From NCBI GenBank assembly GCA_039190745.1, contig JBCCXZ010000031.1, positions 1 through 43,123 of the forward strand: DNA of 43,123 nt, read 5' to 3'. The notes beneath the pieces were generated by a model. That model worked only from the letters and a program-made list of their open reading frames with translations, ran no database searches and was not told where the DNA came from. Shown in pieces: positions 29,468 through 38,671 of the stretch; within the stretch, counting starts at the first letter, position 1; each line of letters starts with the position of its first letter. This DNA is from Planctomycetota bacterium. Lineage in GTDB: Bacteria > Planctomycetota > Planctomycetia > Pirellulales > Lacipirellulaceae. The position numbers and the translations under genes were made by a program.

Positions 29468-30580
29468 GTGCTCAAACTCCGGTTCCGATTCGGATTGCGA
29501 AGCCTATTCGCAACAGTCTCCTTGCTTGGGCTGTTGCTTGGAGGCACTGCTTGGTTCTTGGATTACCTGTCTCGGGTTCCGGCAGAAGTAACCCTTCTCT
29601 TTGAGATTGCCCCGTCCAACAAAGGCGATAAGGTTGCATTCGTCCGAGTGCACGGCAAGATTCTGGATGGATGGTCCGATCTGCGTAGCTCCGTCCTGCA
29701 GCACACCGGGCTTAACACCTACCCAGAAAGTGCGCGTCTAGGTCTCTTGAACGCCCAACAACCTGAAGAGTTTGCTGATATAGGTGCATCAGATGTTTCG
29801 GGTGGAGTAGCCTGGGCAAGTGATGATTCCCTGCTGGCTTACGTCTCTGGCAAACTCCACCTAGGCGATGATCGGAGGCGGATTCGGGTCTATGACGTTG
29901 CAAATCAATCATCAGAAGAAGTCTATGTCTCTAGTGACTGGTTTGTGCGCCGTCTAGCCTTCTCCCCTGACTCCAAGTCACTTGCATTTGTAGAGAACTA
30001 CAATCAGGACTACCTGACGCTTCTCGACATAGAAACGAGGAGAACCACCACTCTGGCCTCAGGGGTGAGTTCGCACTATGTGTGTTGGGCGGTAGATGGC
30101 AAGAGCATCTTCTGCGTGCGAAACGGCCTGGAGGTGTGGCGGCTTGGGGTCGACGGTAAGACCAAGGATCTTCTCTTTAAGGGAAAGGACTTCGACGAGA
30201 ACTATCCCTACTTCCTTGTTCCGTCTCCGGACGGCAATCACCTGGGATTCGGCTACGCGGGGGCACTGCATGTCTTGGATTTGGCGACGAATCAGGTAGA
30301 GAAGCTCTTTGAATGCCACCACTACTTCTTAACCTTCGACTGGAGTGACGAGGGCATTTGCTACTTGGATCAAGTGGGTGAAGAAGACGTGAATGAAGCG
30401 CGCGTGATGATCTATGACCCAAGTGGACGAACTAATGAAGAGGTCGTAGTCGGCCCTTTTGCCCACGTGGCATGGCTTCGCAAAGGAGTGCTCATCCTCC
30501 GAAAAGAGAATGAGCAGTTGTGGGAGTTGGAACTGCAAGACAAGAGAATGAACAGGCTGTTTCCGCCGACTGCGAAGTAG
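29468..30580 (+). CDS. Membrane-anchored TolB/WD40-like beta-propeller protein, low GC
   Basis: FRFGLRSLF-hydrophobic N-terminal anchor; blades VAWASDDSLLAY, LAFSPDSKSLAF, WAVDGKSIF, PSPDGNHLGF. Confidence 0.8.
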   Translation: MLKLRFRFGLRSLFATVSLLGLLLGGTAWFLDYLSRVPAEVTLLFEIAPSNKGDKVAFVRVHGKILDGWSDLRSSVLQHTGLNTYPESARLGLLNAQQPEEFADIGASDVSGGVAWASDDSLLAYVSGKLHLGDDRRRIRVYDVANQSSEEVYVSSDWFVRRLAFSPDSKSLAFVENYNQDYLTLLDIETRRTTTLASGVSSHYVCWAVDGKSIFCVRNGLEVWRLGVDGKTKDLLFKGKDFDENYPYFLVPSPDGNHLGFGYAGALHVLDLATNQVEKLFECHHYFLTFDWSDEGICYLDQVGEEDVNEARVMIYDPSGRTNEEVVVGPFAHVAWLRKGVLILRKENEQLWELELQDKRMNRLFPPTAK

Positions 30581-30631
30581 GCAGTGGTGGATTGGGCCTC
30601 TACTCTCGCTGATGGATTGCAATTAGCGTAG

Positions 30632-32368
30632 TCAGGGTCTGATCCCCGTCAGCTCCGAAAACGCCGCCCACCCCCGCGCGTTCGCCACATCACCCGCCGT
30701 CAGCCCCGCCCGACGGGCTTGCAGCACGCCGTAGCGCATCACTTCCAGGCTGTCGACGCTGTGCGCATCGGTGCTGATCACGATCGGCACGCCGGATGCG
30801 CGGGCCGCGGCGGCGTTTACGTCGTCGAGGTCCAGCCGGGCCGGGTTGGCGTTCAATTCCAGCAGCTTGCCGTGCTCCGCGGCCGCGGCGATCACCCGGT
30901 CGAGGTCCACGGCGTACGCCTCTCGCTTGTTGATCAGCCGGCCCGTGGGGTGGGCGACGATCGTCACGTGTGGGTTGGCTAGGGCTCCGAGGATGCGGTC
31001 GGTGATCTGCTCCCGCGGCTGGTTCTGGCCGTAGTGAACGCTCGCGATCACCCAATCGGCCTCGGCCAGCACGTCGTCCGGCAGGTCCATGCCGCCCTTT
31101 TCGAGGATGTCGCACTCGATGCCCTTCAGCACCACGATGTCGTCGTACTCGGTGCGGACTTGGTCGATCTCCTCCCACTGGGCGCGGAGCCGGTCGGCGT
31201 CGAGCCCTCGGGCCATCGAGACCCGCTGCGAGTGGTCGGTGATCGCGATGTACTCCAGGCCCCGCTCGCGGGCCGCTTCGATCATCTCCCGCAGCGTCGC
31301 CTTCCCGTCGGTGGCCGTGGTGTGCATGTGCAGGTCGCCGCGGATGTCGCCCAGCGATACCAGCTCCGGCACGCCGTCGCCCGACGCGAGGTCGAACTCT
31401 TGCCGCGCCTCGCGCAGTTCCGGCGGGAACCACGGCAGCTCGAGCGCGGCGTAGACCTCCTCCTCGCTCTTGCCGGCGACTTGTTCGTCTTCTTCGACGT
31501 CGGCCACGCGGAATACGCCCCACTCGTTCACCTTCAGCCCCCGCTGCTTGGCGAGGCCGCGGACGTGCACGTTGTGTTCTTTGGAGCCTGTAAAGTACTG
31601 CAGCGCCGCGCCAAACGATTCGGTCGGCACCACACGCAGGTCGACCTGCATGCCCGAGCGGAGCCGGACCGACATTTTCGTGTCGCCGCGGGCGAGCGTG
31701 TCTTTGATCCCCTCGAACTCGGCGAAGCGGTCCATCACGGGGATCGCGTCGTCGGCGTCGACTAGCAGGTCGAGGTCGCCCACGGTCTCGCGGCCGCGGC
31801 GGTAGCTGCCGGCCAGCTCGATCTGCTCCACGCCCGGCGCTGAGCGGACGTGCTCGAGCAGCTCCTGCGCAATGGCATCGGCGTCCGCCCACCGCGTGCG
31901 CTGGTCCGCTTGAGCCGCCACCGCGATACCCTTCAGCAGCGTCTCCTCCGTTTTCTTGCCAAACCCCTTCAGTTCCTGCACGCGGTGGGCCTCGCACGCC
32001 TCGCGGAGGTCGTCGAGCGACTCGACGCCCAGCTCCTTGTACAGCACGGCTGCCTTCTTCGGTCCCATGCCCGGGACGCGCATCAGGGCGAGGACCGACT
32101 CGGGCACCACGGCCTTCAATTCATCGAGCGCTGCGAGCCGCCCGGTGGTGAGCAGTTCAACGATCTTCTCCGAGAGCGCCTTGCCGATGCCGTCCATGTC
32201 GGTCAGCGAGCGGCTCTCGTCCGCGACCACTGCCGAGACCGGCTCCGAGAGGTCGCCGATCTTCCGCGCCCCGCTGCGGTACGACCGCACCCGGAACGGG
32301 TTGGCGTCCTGGAATTCGAGCAGGTCGGCCAGCTGGTCGAACACTCCCGCGATGTCTTTGTTGGTCAT
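30632..32368 (-). CDS. polX: DNA polymerase X / PHP-domain 3'-5' exonuclease
   Basis: ANPFRVRSY, HhH motifs, GSYRRGRETVGDLDLL (DxD intact), QVDLR, YFTGSKEHN; PHP motifs GDLHMHT, ITDHS, AHPTGR, STDAH; ATG 32368. Confidence 0.96.
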   Translation of the reverse strand: MTNKDIAGVFDQLADLLEFQDANPFRVRSYRSGARKIGDLSEPVSAVVADESRSLTDMDGIGKALSEKIVELLTTGRLAALDELKAVVPESVLALMRVPGMGPKKAAVLYKELGVESLDDLREACEAHRVQELKGFGKKTEETLLKGIAVAAQADQRTRWADADAIAQELLEHVRSAPGVEQIELAGSYRRGRETVGDLDLLVDADDAIPVMDRFAEFEGIKDTLARGDTKMSVRLRSGMQVDLRVVPTESFGAALQYFTGSKEHNVHVRGLAKQRGLKVNEWGVFRVADVEEDEQVAGKSEEEVYAALELPWFPPELREARQEFDLASGDGVPELVSLGDIRGDLHMHTTATDGKATLREMIEAARERGLEYIAITDHSQRVSMARGLDADRLRAQWEEIDQVRTEYDDIVVLKGIECDILEKGGMDLPDDVLAEADWVIASVHYGQNQPREQITDRILGALANPHVTIVAHPTGRLINKREAYAVDLDRVIAAAAEHGKLLELNANPARLDLDDVNAAAARASGVPIVISTDAHSVDSLEVMRYGVLQARRAGLTAGDVANARGWAAFSELTGIRP

Positions 32369-32399
32369 GCCGCTGTCTCTCAAAGAGTGTCCAAGCCCT

Positions 32400-32474
32400 T
32401 TGTGGGAGGGCTCTCTGAGCCCGATTACGTTCTCTATTGGCAATCGAAATCGACCTCGGAGAGGCCTCCCACAA
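32400..32474. repeat. REP doublet (REPIN-like) of the GTGG/GTAG class
   Basis: TTGTGGGAGGGCTCTCTGAGCCCGATT (32400-32426) and its inverted partner TTGTGGGAGGCCTCTCCGAGGTCGATT (32474-32448), each with an internal hairpin, separated by 21 nt. Confidence 0.85.
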
Positions 32475-32479
32475 GAGAA

Positions 32480-33175
32480 CTAGAAGGATACCCCAACGGC
32501 ATCACACAGGAACGCCATATACCCCTTCGCAGAGCGCATCGCCGCCGCACACTCTTTCACGCAGTCCGGCCCCATCAGCACGTCGTGGTCGATCACGTAC
32601 ATGCCGATGTGGTCCTTCCGCTTGAGGTCCTCGATGAGGGGGTGTTCTGCGTCGTAGCCCTTCGGCGGACGCTTCAGGCTCTCGCCGTGCAGTTCGAACC
32701 GGTCGCGGAAGGCCTTGCCGTTTTTTGCGCGCTTCCATTCGGTGCTCCGTTTGTCGATCGCCGTGCGGATGTTTCTTAGCGCACCGCTCTCCGGATGCCA
32801 GATGCCGGCGCCGACGAACGCCTGATCCGGCTCGATGTGGAAGTAGTAACCCGGCGCGTGCACGTCTTTGCCCGCTTCGTGGCGGAAATGGATGCCCACG
32901 TTCGTCTTGTAGGGCCGCTTGTCTTTCGAGAACCGCACGTCGCGGTAGATCCTCATCAGCGAGCCGCCCGACTTCTTCGGCACGGCCAGGAAGTGCGGCG
33001 AGATCTTTCCCAGGGGGTCGGCCATGGCCTCGATGAACGCGAGCGCCGGCGCCAGTAGGTCTTGCTCGTAGCGGGGTTTGTTGGCCTCGAACCACTTGCG
33101 GTTGTTGTTCTTCGACAGGTCGCTGAGGAAGTGGAGCAGCCCGAGCGGGAACCCGGGGAAACGTTGCTTTGCCAT
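32480..33175 (-). CDS. DUF2461 (TIGR02453) family protein
   Basis: FLSDLSKNNNRKWFEANKPRY, MRIYRDVRFSKDKRPYKT, PGYYFHI, LKRPPKGY...HPLIEDLKRK; ATG 33175. Confidence 0.93.
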   Translation of the reverse strand: MAKQRFPGFPLGLLHFLSDLSKNNNRKWFEANKPRYEQDLLAPALAFIEAMADPLGKISPHFLAVPKKSGGSLMRIYRDVRFSKDKRPYKTNVGIHFRHEAGKDVHAPGYYFHIEPDQAFVGAGIWHPESGALRNIRTAIDKRSTEWKRAKNGKAFRDRFELHGESLKRPPKGYDAEHPLIEDLKRKDHIGMYVIDHDVLMGPDCVKECAAAMRSAKGYMAFLCDAVGVSF

Positions 33176-33287
33176 GCGAGACTCACGGGGCTGTTGCGGG
33201 TGATGCGTTTCACTCAGAATGTGCGTTCCCCAAAAAATACCGAGGGCCGCCCCGGCAGCCAACAACCCCCTACGAAACTCTTCGCCG

Positions 33288-34289
33288 ATGCAACTTACCG
33301 AAGCGATCGACCGCCTGCCGCGACAGCGCCTCGCCAACCTGCCCACGCCGCTTCACGAGCTGCCGCGGCTCTCCGCAGAACTCGGCGGCCCTCGGCTGTT
33401 GATCAAACGCGACGACCTGACCGGACTGGCAACCGGCGGCAACAAAACGCGCAAGCTCGAGTTCCTGCTCGCCGACGCGATCGAGCAGGGCGCAGACACG
33501 CTGATCACCGCCGGCGGCCCGCAGTCGAACCACTGCCGTCAAACGGCCGCCGCGGCGGCCAAGGCCGGACTCGATTGCCGGCTGGTCCTCGGCGGCGACC
33601 CGGCCCCCCGCCGCGAGGGGAATCTCCTGCTCGACGACCTCCTCGGCGCCCACATCCACTGGACGCCCAAGCCGGAGCGGAACGCCACGATGGACCGGGT
33701 TGCCGATGAGCTCCGCGGCGAGGGCCGCCAGCCGTACGTGATCCCCATCGGGGGCTCCAACGCGGTCGGTTCGGTCGGCTATATCCTCGCGATGATCGAG
33801 CTTCACGAACAGCTCGCCGCCGCGGGGGAGACGGTCGACACGATTGTGTTCCCGACCAGTTCCGGCGGCACGCAGGCCGGTCTGGCCATGGGCGCCAAGC
33901 TCACCGGGTTTACGGGGCGAGTCCTCGCCATCAGCGTCGACGTCGAGCCGGGCGACCGAGCCTTCCTGGAAGAAGTGTCCAGCGTTGCCAACGGCGCCGC
34001 GGATTTGCTCGGAAGATCGGAGCGGGTTGCCCCGGATGAACTGGCGATCAACTGCGACTACCTCGGCGGCGGTTACGGCGTGGTGGGCGACCACGAACGC
34101 GAAGCCATCCGGCTGCTCGCCTCTACCGAAGGCGTCCTCACCGGCCCCGTCTACAGCGGCCGCGGCGTCGGCGCGCTGGTCGACCTCATCCATAAGGGCC
34201 AGTTCTCCCAGGGCCAGACAGTTCTCTACTGGCACACCGGCGACGAGTCGGCTCTGCACGCTTATGTCGACCACCTGACCGATCCATGA
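33288..34289 (+). CDS. D-cysteine desulfhydrase / ACC-deaminase family PLP enzyme
   Basis: IKRDDLTG, GGNKTRKLEF (PLP Lys), QSNHCRQTA, IPIGGSN, SSGGTQAG, PVYSG; ATG 33288. Confidence 0.92.
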   Translation: MQLTEAIDRLPRQRLANLPTPLHELPRLSAELGGPRLLIKRDDLTGLATGGNKTRKLEFLLADAIEQGADTLITAGGPQSNHCRQTAAAAAKAGLDCRLVLGGDPAPRREGNLLLDDLLGAHIHWTPKPERNATMDRVADELRGEGRQPYVIPIGGSNAVGSVGYILAMIELHEQLAAAGETVDTIVFPTSSGGTQAGLAMGAKLTGFTGRVLAISVDVEPGDRAFLEEVSSVANGAADLLGRSERVAPDELAINCDYLGGGYGVVGDHEREAIRLLASTEGVLTGPVYSGRGVGALVDLIHKGQFSQGQTVLYWHTGDESALHAYVDHLTDP

Positions 34290-34517
34290 GTATAATCGGG
34301 CTCTCATCGGAACGCTCACACACCGCACACAAACTCTGCACGCGGGTGCGGGAAGATTCAGAGAGCCGGCAGCTCGCGCGAGGAACCTCAAATGGAGGGT
34401 GATGGCGCGACGGACAAGCAAATGGACGGTGGGGCTGTCGGCTATTTTCTGACTTCTTCCCAACTCAATCCCCAACCCAGCTCCCAACCCACTCCTCTCC
34501 AATCCGAGTGAGCCCGC

Positions 34518-35255
34518 GTGGGCGTTATCCTGACCGGACTCAACGGAACAGTTGCGCCCGTCTTGGCCCAAACCTTGCGGAAAGCCGGTGCGGAGGTCGT
34601 CCGCTGGGACCGCGACGCCGTCGCCATCGACGACCCCGCGGCCATCGAAGACTTCCTGCGGAGCACAGCGCCAGATTGGCTCTGCCACCTCGCTACCGGC
34701 CCGCCCGAGTGGGCTGCCTCCATCGCCCGCGCCTGCCAAGAGCAGGGCGTCCGGCTGCTCTTTACCAGCTCCGTGTCCGTCTTCTCCGGCAACGGCTCCT
34801 CGCCGATTACTCCCGAACAAGAGCCCGACGCCGAAGACGACTACGGCCGGTACAAACGCGAGTGCGAGAGGCTCGTCACAGAGGCCTGCCCCGGAGCCTT
34901 GTTGGCGCGCCTTGGCTGGCAGATCGGCGACGCCCCGGGGTCGAACAACATGGTCGACTACCTTGCGACTCGATGTGAGGAGGACTGCAGTATCCGGCTC
35001 AACCGCGATTGGACTCCCAGCACCGCCTTCCTATCAGATACAGCAGACGCCTTAGTGCGATTGCTCCAGGAGGAATCCACAGGGGTCTACCACCTCGAGG
35101 GCAACCCGGGTTGGTCGATGCCGCGCATCGCCGAACGCCTCGCGCAACGTCTCGGCTTCGATTGGAATATCGTGAGCACCGAAGACCCGCCGTACAACAA
35201 CCGCATGGCCGACGGACGGGTAGCGGTCCGCCCCATCAGCGAACGCCTCGCCTAG
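34518..35255 (+). CDS. RmlD-like NAD(P)-dependent sugar-nucleotide oxidoreductase (extended SDR)
   Basis: ILTGLNGTVA Rossmann motif, FTSSVSVFSG, YGRYK (YxxxK), GVYHL. Confidence 0.82.
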   Translation: MGVILTGLNGTVAPVLAQTLRKAGAEVVRWDRDAVAIDDPAAIEDFLRSTAPDWLCHLATGPPEWAASIARACQEQGVRLLFTSSVSVFSGNGSSPITPEQEPDAEDDYGRYKRECERLVTEACPGALLARLGWQIGDAPGSNNMVDYLATRCEEDCSIRLNRDWTPSTAFLSDTADALVRLLQEESTGVYHLEGNPGWSMPRIAERLAQRLGFDWNIVSTEDPPYNNRMADGRVAVRPISERLA

Positions 35256-35437
35256 GGCTGACAAGCCTAGGATTGGTCGGCGAGCGCTTCAGCCCGAAGC
35301 GGCTGCGCGACGATAACGCCCATAGGAGTACGCGCTGCTGACGAAGCCCGCGGAGCGGGCCGTCGCGTAGACTCCGCCCCACCCGCAAGGTCGCCCCGCA
35401 CAGGCGGCACAAGCCCACCAGTTTGACGGCATCACGG

Positions 35438-36385
35438 ATGAAGCCTGCGTTCTGCAATCCAGCCCTGTGGAAAGCCGTTGCGTGCGCGCTGCTTGCGAGC
35501 ACGATCACCGGCTGCGGCCTGAACGACGCCATCCTGCAGAAGGGCGGCAACGGCCGTAAGGGCGTCTTGCTGAACTACTCCTGCGGCGCCCACCCCTGCG
35601 ACGCCATTGACCCGTCGAAGCCGACGATCGTCTTCACGCACGGCTGGAACCCGCTGCCCAACAAGATACGCACCACGTTCGGCCCGTCTTCCGCGGCTGC
35701 GCTCCGCTGCCGCTGCGGCGACAGCTACAACCTCTTGAGCTGGGACTGGAACGCCGTGCGCGTCTCGCCGTTCAACGACGAGCCCTTCCGCATCGGCCGC
35801 TGCCAGGGCCGGATGTTGGCCTCCGCCCTCCGCGCCCGCGGCGTCGAGCCCTGCCGCACCCAGATCGTCGGCCACAGTCTCGGAACGCTGGTCGCGGCCC
35901 AGGCCGCCGTGTGCCTCCGCGACCTGGGCCCCATGGGGCAGCTCACGCTGCTCGACCCGCCCGAGTCGCTGCACGAAGAGATCTTCTGCAAGCTCAAGGC
36001 CCACCGCCACGCCCGGGTCGTGGAAAATTACTGGGCCCCGCGCGTCAGCGGCTACGGCGCCCACGCGGGCTACCCCGGCGTGCGGAACTTTATCGTCCAT
36101 GGCCCCACGCCCGTCCGCGGCATTGTTGACCTCAGTGTTTCGAACCACGTGGAAGTCATGCGGTGGTACTACAAGACCATCCGTTGCCCGAGCATCCCCT
36201 GCGGGTTCCAGAACAGCGTGTTCGTGAACTGCTGCGGCCGGAGCCCAACGCCGGTCGGACCTCCGGACTACGACCCCACCGAGGAGGTCGTGCCACCGGA
36301 GCCGGAAGGCGAGCCGGAGCTGGCGTCACTCCCCCCGATCAAGGCGGCTCAGACCGCCACGTCGGTTGGATCGCGGAAGCGGTAA
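35438..36385 (+). CDS. Cys-rich alpha/beta-hydrolase lipoprotein (lipase/phospholipase-like)
   Basis: Lipobox ITGC; PTIVFTHGW oxyanion motif, GHSLG nucleophile elbow, LTLLDP acid, SNH histidine. The 3' end overlaps phoB by 37 nt. Confidence 0.8.
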   Translation: MKPAFCNPALWKAVACALLASTITGCGLNDAILQKGGNGRKGVLLNYSCGAHPCDAIDPSKPTIVFTHGWNPLPNKIRTTFGPSSAAALRCRCGDSYNLLSWDWNAVRVSPFNDEPFRIGRCQGRMLASALRARGVEPCRTQIVGHSLGTLVAAQAAVCLRDLGPMGQLTLLDPPESLHEEIFCKLKAHRHARVVENYWAPRVSGYGAHAGYPGVRNFIVHGPTPVRGIVDLSVSNHVEVMRWYYKTIRCPSIPCGFQNSVFVNCCGRSPTPVGPPDYDPTEEVVPPEPEGEPELASLPPIKAAQTATSVGSRKR

Positions 36386-37050
36386 CCGATTCCGCGGACG
36401 GTCTGGATCAGGTCCGCGTGCGAGCCGAGCTTCTTCCGTAACGCACGGATATGGACGTCGATGGTACGCTCGAGCACGATCGCGTCGTCGCCCAGCGCCA
36501 CGTCGATGAGTTCTGTTCGCGAGAACGCCCGCCCCGGCTGACGCACTAGCGCGGCGAGCAGGCCGAACTCGCTCGGCGTAAGGTCAAGAGGGGCGTCGCC
36601 CGCGGTGGCCCGGTGCCGCCGGCGGTCGATCATTATGCCCTGGCTGACGATCACGTCGCGGTCGGTCGCGCCCTGGTCCTTGCGGCGCACGAGTGCGTTC
36701 AACCGCTGCAAGAGCACCTTCACGCTGAAGGGTTTGGTGACGTAGTCGTCCGCCCCCACCGAGAAGCCAACTAACTCGTCGGACTCCTCACTCCGCGCGG
36801 TCAGCATCAGCACCAGCAGGTCCTGCGTGCTGGGGTCGGCCCGCAGCAGCCGGCAGACCTCGAGCCCGTCGATCAGCGGCAGCATCAGGTCCAGGATCAC
36901 CAGATCCGGGCAGTGCAGCCGGACCTCCCGCAGCCCTTGCTGCCCGTCGCGCGCAACGTGCGTCTCGTAGCCCTCCTGGCGCAGGTTGTAGTCCAGCACC
37001 TCGGCGAGCGAGGGGTCGTCTTCGACGATTAGAATCCGGGCCTTTGCCAT
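36349..37050 (-). CDS. phoB: Phosphate regulon response regulator (OmpR/PhoB family)
   Basis: ILIVEDD, DLVILDLMLP, GADDYVTKPFS, RTIDVHIRALRKKL, IQTVRGIGY; last gene of the pst-phoU operon. Confidence 0.92.
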   Translation of the reverse strand: MAKARILIVEDDPSLAEVLDYNLRQEGYETHVARDGQQGLREVRLHCPDLVILDLMLPLIDGLEVCRLLRADPSTQDLLVLMLTARSEESDELVGFSVGADDYVTKPFSVKVLLQRLNALVRRKDQGATDRDVIVSQGIMIDRRRHRATAGDAPLDLTPSEFGLLAALVRQPGRAFSRTELIDVALGDDAIVLERTIDVHIRALRKKLGSHADLIQTVRGIGYRFRDPTDVAV

Positions 37051-37733
37051 GGTTCAGCCTTTACACCCGCGGTCCAGGAAGGCGGACGGTGCCTGGCGAT
37101 CTCGCCGTCCACAAGGTAAATCACGTCTTCTGCGATGTTTGTCGCGTGGTCGGCGATCCGCTCGACGTTCCGCGACACCGTGTACAGGTCCAACGCCGGG
37201 GCGAAACACATCCCCCGGTCGTCCACCGCTTCACCGAGCTCCGCGATGACCGACCGGTGCAGCTCGTCGACCGAGCGGTCTGTCCGCCGCACCGCCCGGG
37301 CCGCGTCCAGGTCGAGCCGCACGAATGCATCGATCGAACTCCGCACCATCGCTACGGCCAACTCGACCATCTCGTAGATGCCCTCGGGGATTGTCGCCTC
37401 GGGGTGCTCCGCGAGGTGGGTGGTCCGCTCGCCGATGCCAACCGCCAGGTCGGCTACCCGCTCGAGGTCGCCGTTCACCTTCAGCACCGTCGTCACCCGC
37501 CGGAGGTCGACCGCCACCGGCTGGTGCAACGCGAGCAGCTTCAGGCACTCTTCTTCGATCTCCACCTCGCGGCGGTTCACGCGCTGCTCGTCGGCCATGA
37601 GCTCGGCAAGCAGATCGGAGTTCTGCTCGCTCAGCGACCGCGCCGCGCGGTAGATCATCTGCTCCACCACCGCCGACTGGGCGAGGAGGTCTTGCTCCAG
37701 GGATTCGAGGTCGCGGTGGAGGTGTTTGGACAT
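37029..37733 (-). CDS. phoU: Phosphate signalling protein PhoU
   Basis: LALHQPVAVDLR, DLERVADLA, NVERIADHATNIAEDVIY. Confidence 0.96.
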   Translation of the reverse strand: MSKHLHRDLESLEQDLLAQSAVVEQMIYRAARSLSEQNSDLLAELMADEQRVNRREVEIEEECLKLLALHQPVAVDLRRVTTVLKVNGDLERVADLAVGIGERTTHLAEHPEATIPEGIYEMVELAVAMVRSSIDAFVRLDLDAARAVRRTDRSVDELHRSVIAELGEAVDDRGMCFAPALDLYTVSRNVERIADHATNIAEDVIYLVDGEIARHRPPSWTAGVKAEPWQRPGF

Positions 37734-37785
37734 AGCGTGCCATTCTACAGCGTGCCGGCCTCATCAGGCGCACGCCTTCTGCCGC

Positions 37786-38637
37786 CTAACCGAAGCGTCC
37801 GGTGATGTAGTCTTCGGTCTGCTTCTCATTGGGGTTGGTGAACAGCTCGTTGGTCGGCCCCACTTCGATCAGCTTACCTTCGTAGAAAAACGCGGTCTGG
37901 TCCGACACCCGGGCGGCCTGCTGCATGTTGTGCGTAACGATCACAATCGTGTACTGCGCCTTCAGCTCGACGATCAGGTCTTCGATCCGAGAGGTCGAAG
38001 CCGGGTCGAGCGCCGAGGCGGGTTCGTCCATCAGCAGCACCTCGGGGTCGGTCGCCAGCGCCCGCGCGATGCAGAGCCGCTGCTGCTGCCCGCCGGAGAG
38101 CTGCAAGGCCGAGTCCCGCAGCCGCCCGCTCACCTCGTCCCACAGCGCCGCGTGACGCAGGCACCGCTCGACGATCTCCTCCAACACCGAGCGGTCCCGC
38201 ACTCCCGCCACCTTCGGGCCGTAGGCGACATTTTCCCAGATCGATTTAGGGAAGGGGTTCGACTTCTGAAACACCATACCAACACGCTTCCGAAGCTCCA
38301 CGACGTCGGTGCCCCGGCTGTAGATGTCTTCGCCGTCGAGCCGGATGTCGCCCTCCACCCGGGCGCCCTCGATCATATCGTTCATCCGGTTCAGGCACCG
38401 CAGGAACGTGCTCTTTCCGCAGCCCGACGGCCCGATCAATGCCGTGACGCATTTCTCGGGGCTGTCCAGCGATATGTCGTACAAAGCCTGGTGGTCGCCG
38501 TAGTAGAAGTCGACGTGCTGTGCGGAGATCTTGGTCGACCTGCTCAACACAGCGGTTTCGACCCCATGGTGCAGGATCTGGGGCCGCTGTCGGGGCGTTG
38601 GCGGGGGCACAATCTGCTTTGATTCGATGAGTGGCAT
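37786..38637 (-). CDS. pstB: Phosphate ABC transporter ATPase
   Basis: [54 protein letters not shown]. Confidence 0.98.
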   Translation of the reverse strand: MPLIESKQIVPPPTPRQRPQILHHGVETAVLSRSTKISAQHVDFYYGDHQALYDISLDSPEKCVTALIGPSGCGKSTFLRCLNRMNDMIEGARVEGDIRLDGEDIYSRGTDVVELRKRVGMVFQKSNPFPKSIWENVAYGPKVAGVRDRSVLEEIVERCLRHAALWDEVSGRLRDSALQLSGGQQQRLCIARALATDPEVLLMDEPASALDPASTSRIEDLIVELKAQYTIVIVTHNMQQAARVSDQTAFFYEGKLIEVGPTNELFTNPNEKQTEDYITGRFG

Positions 38638-38671
38638 GTCTGTTTTCGTTTGGGGGCTCTCTAAAGCGAGG

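Noticed and set aside
30632..32368. Catalytically altered PolX variant
   Set aside because: The DxD and third Asp plus the PHP metal ligands are all present, so it looks canonical.
35337..35375. Hammerhead ribozyme (CTGACGA followed by a hairpin)
   Set aside because: The required GAAA after stem II is missing.
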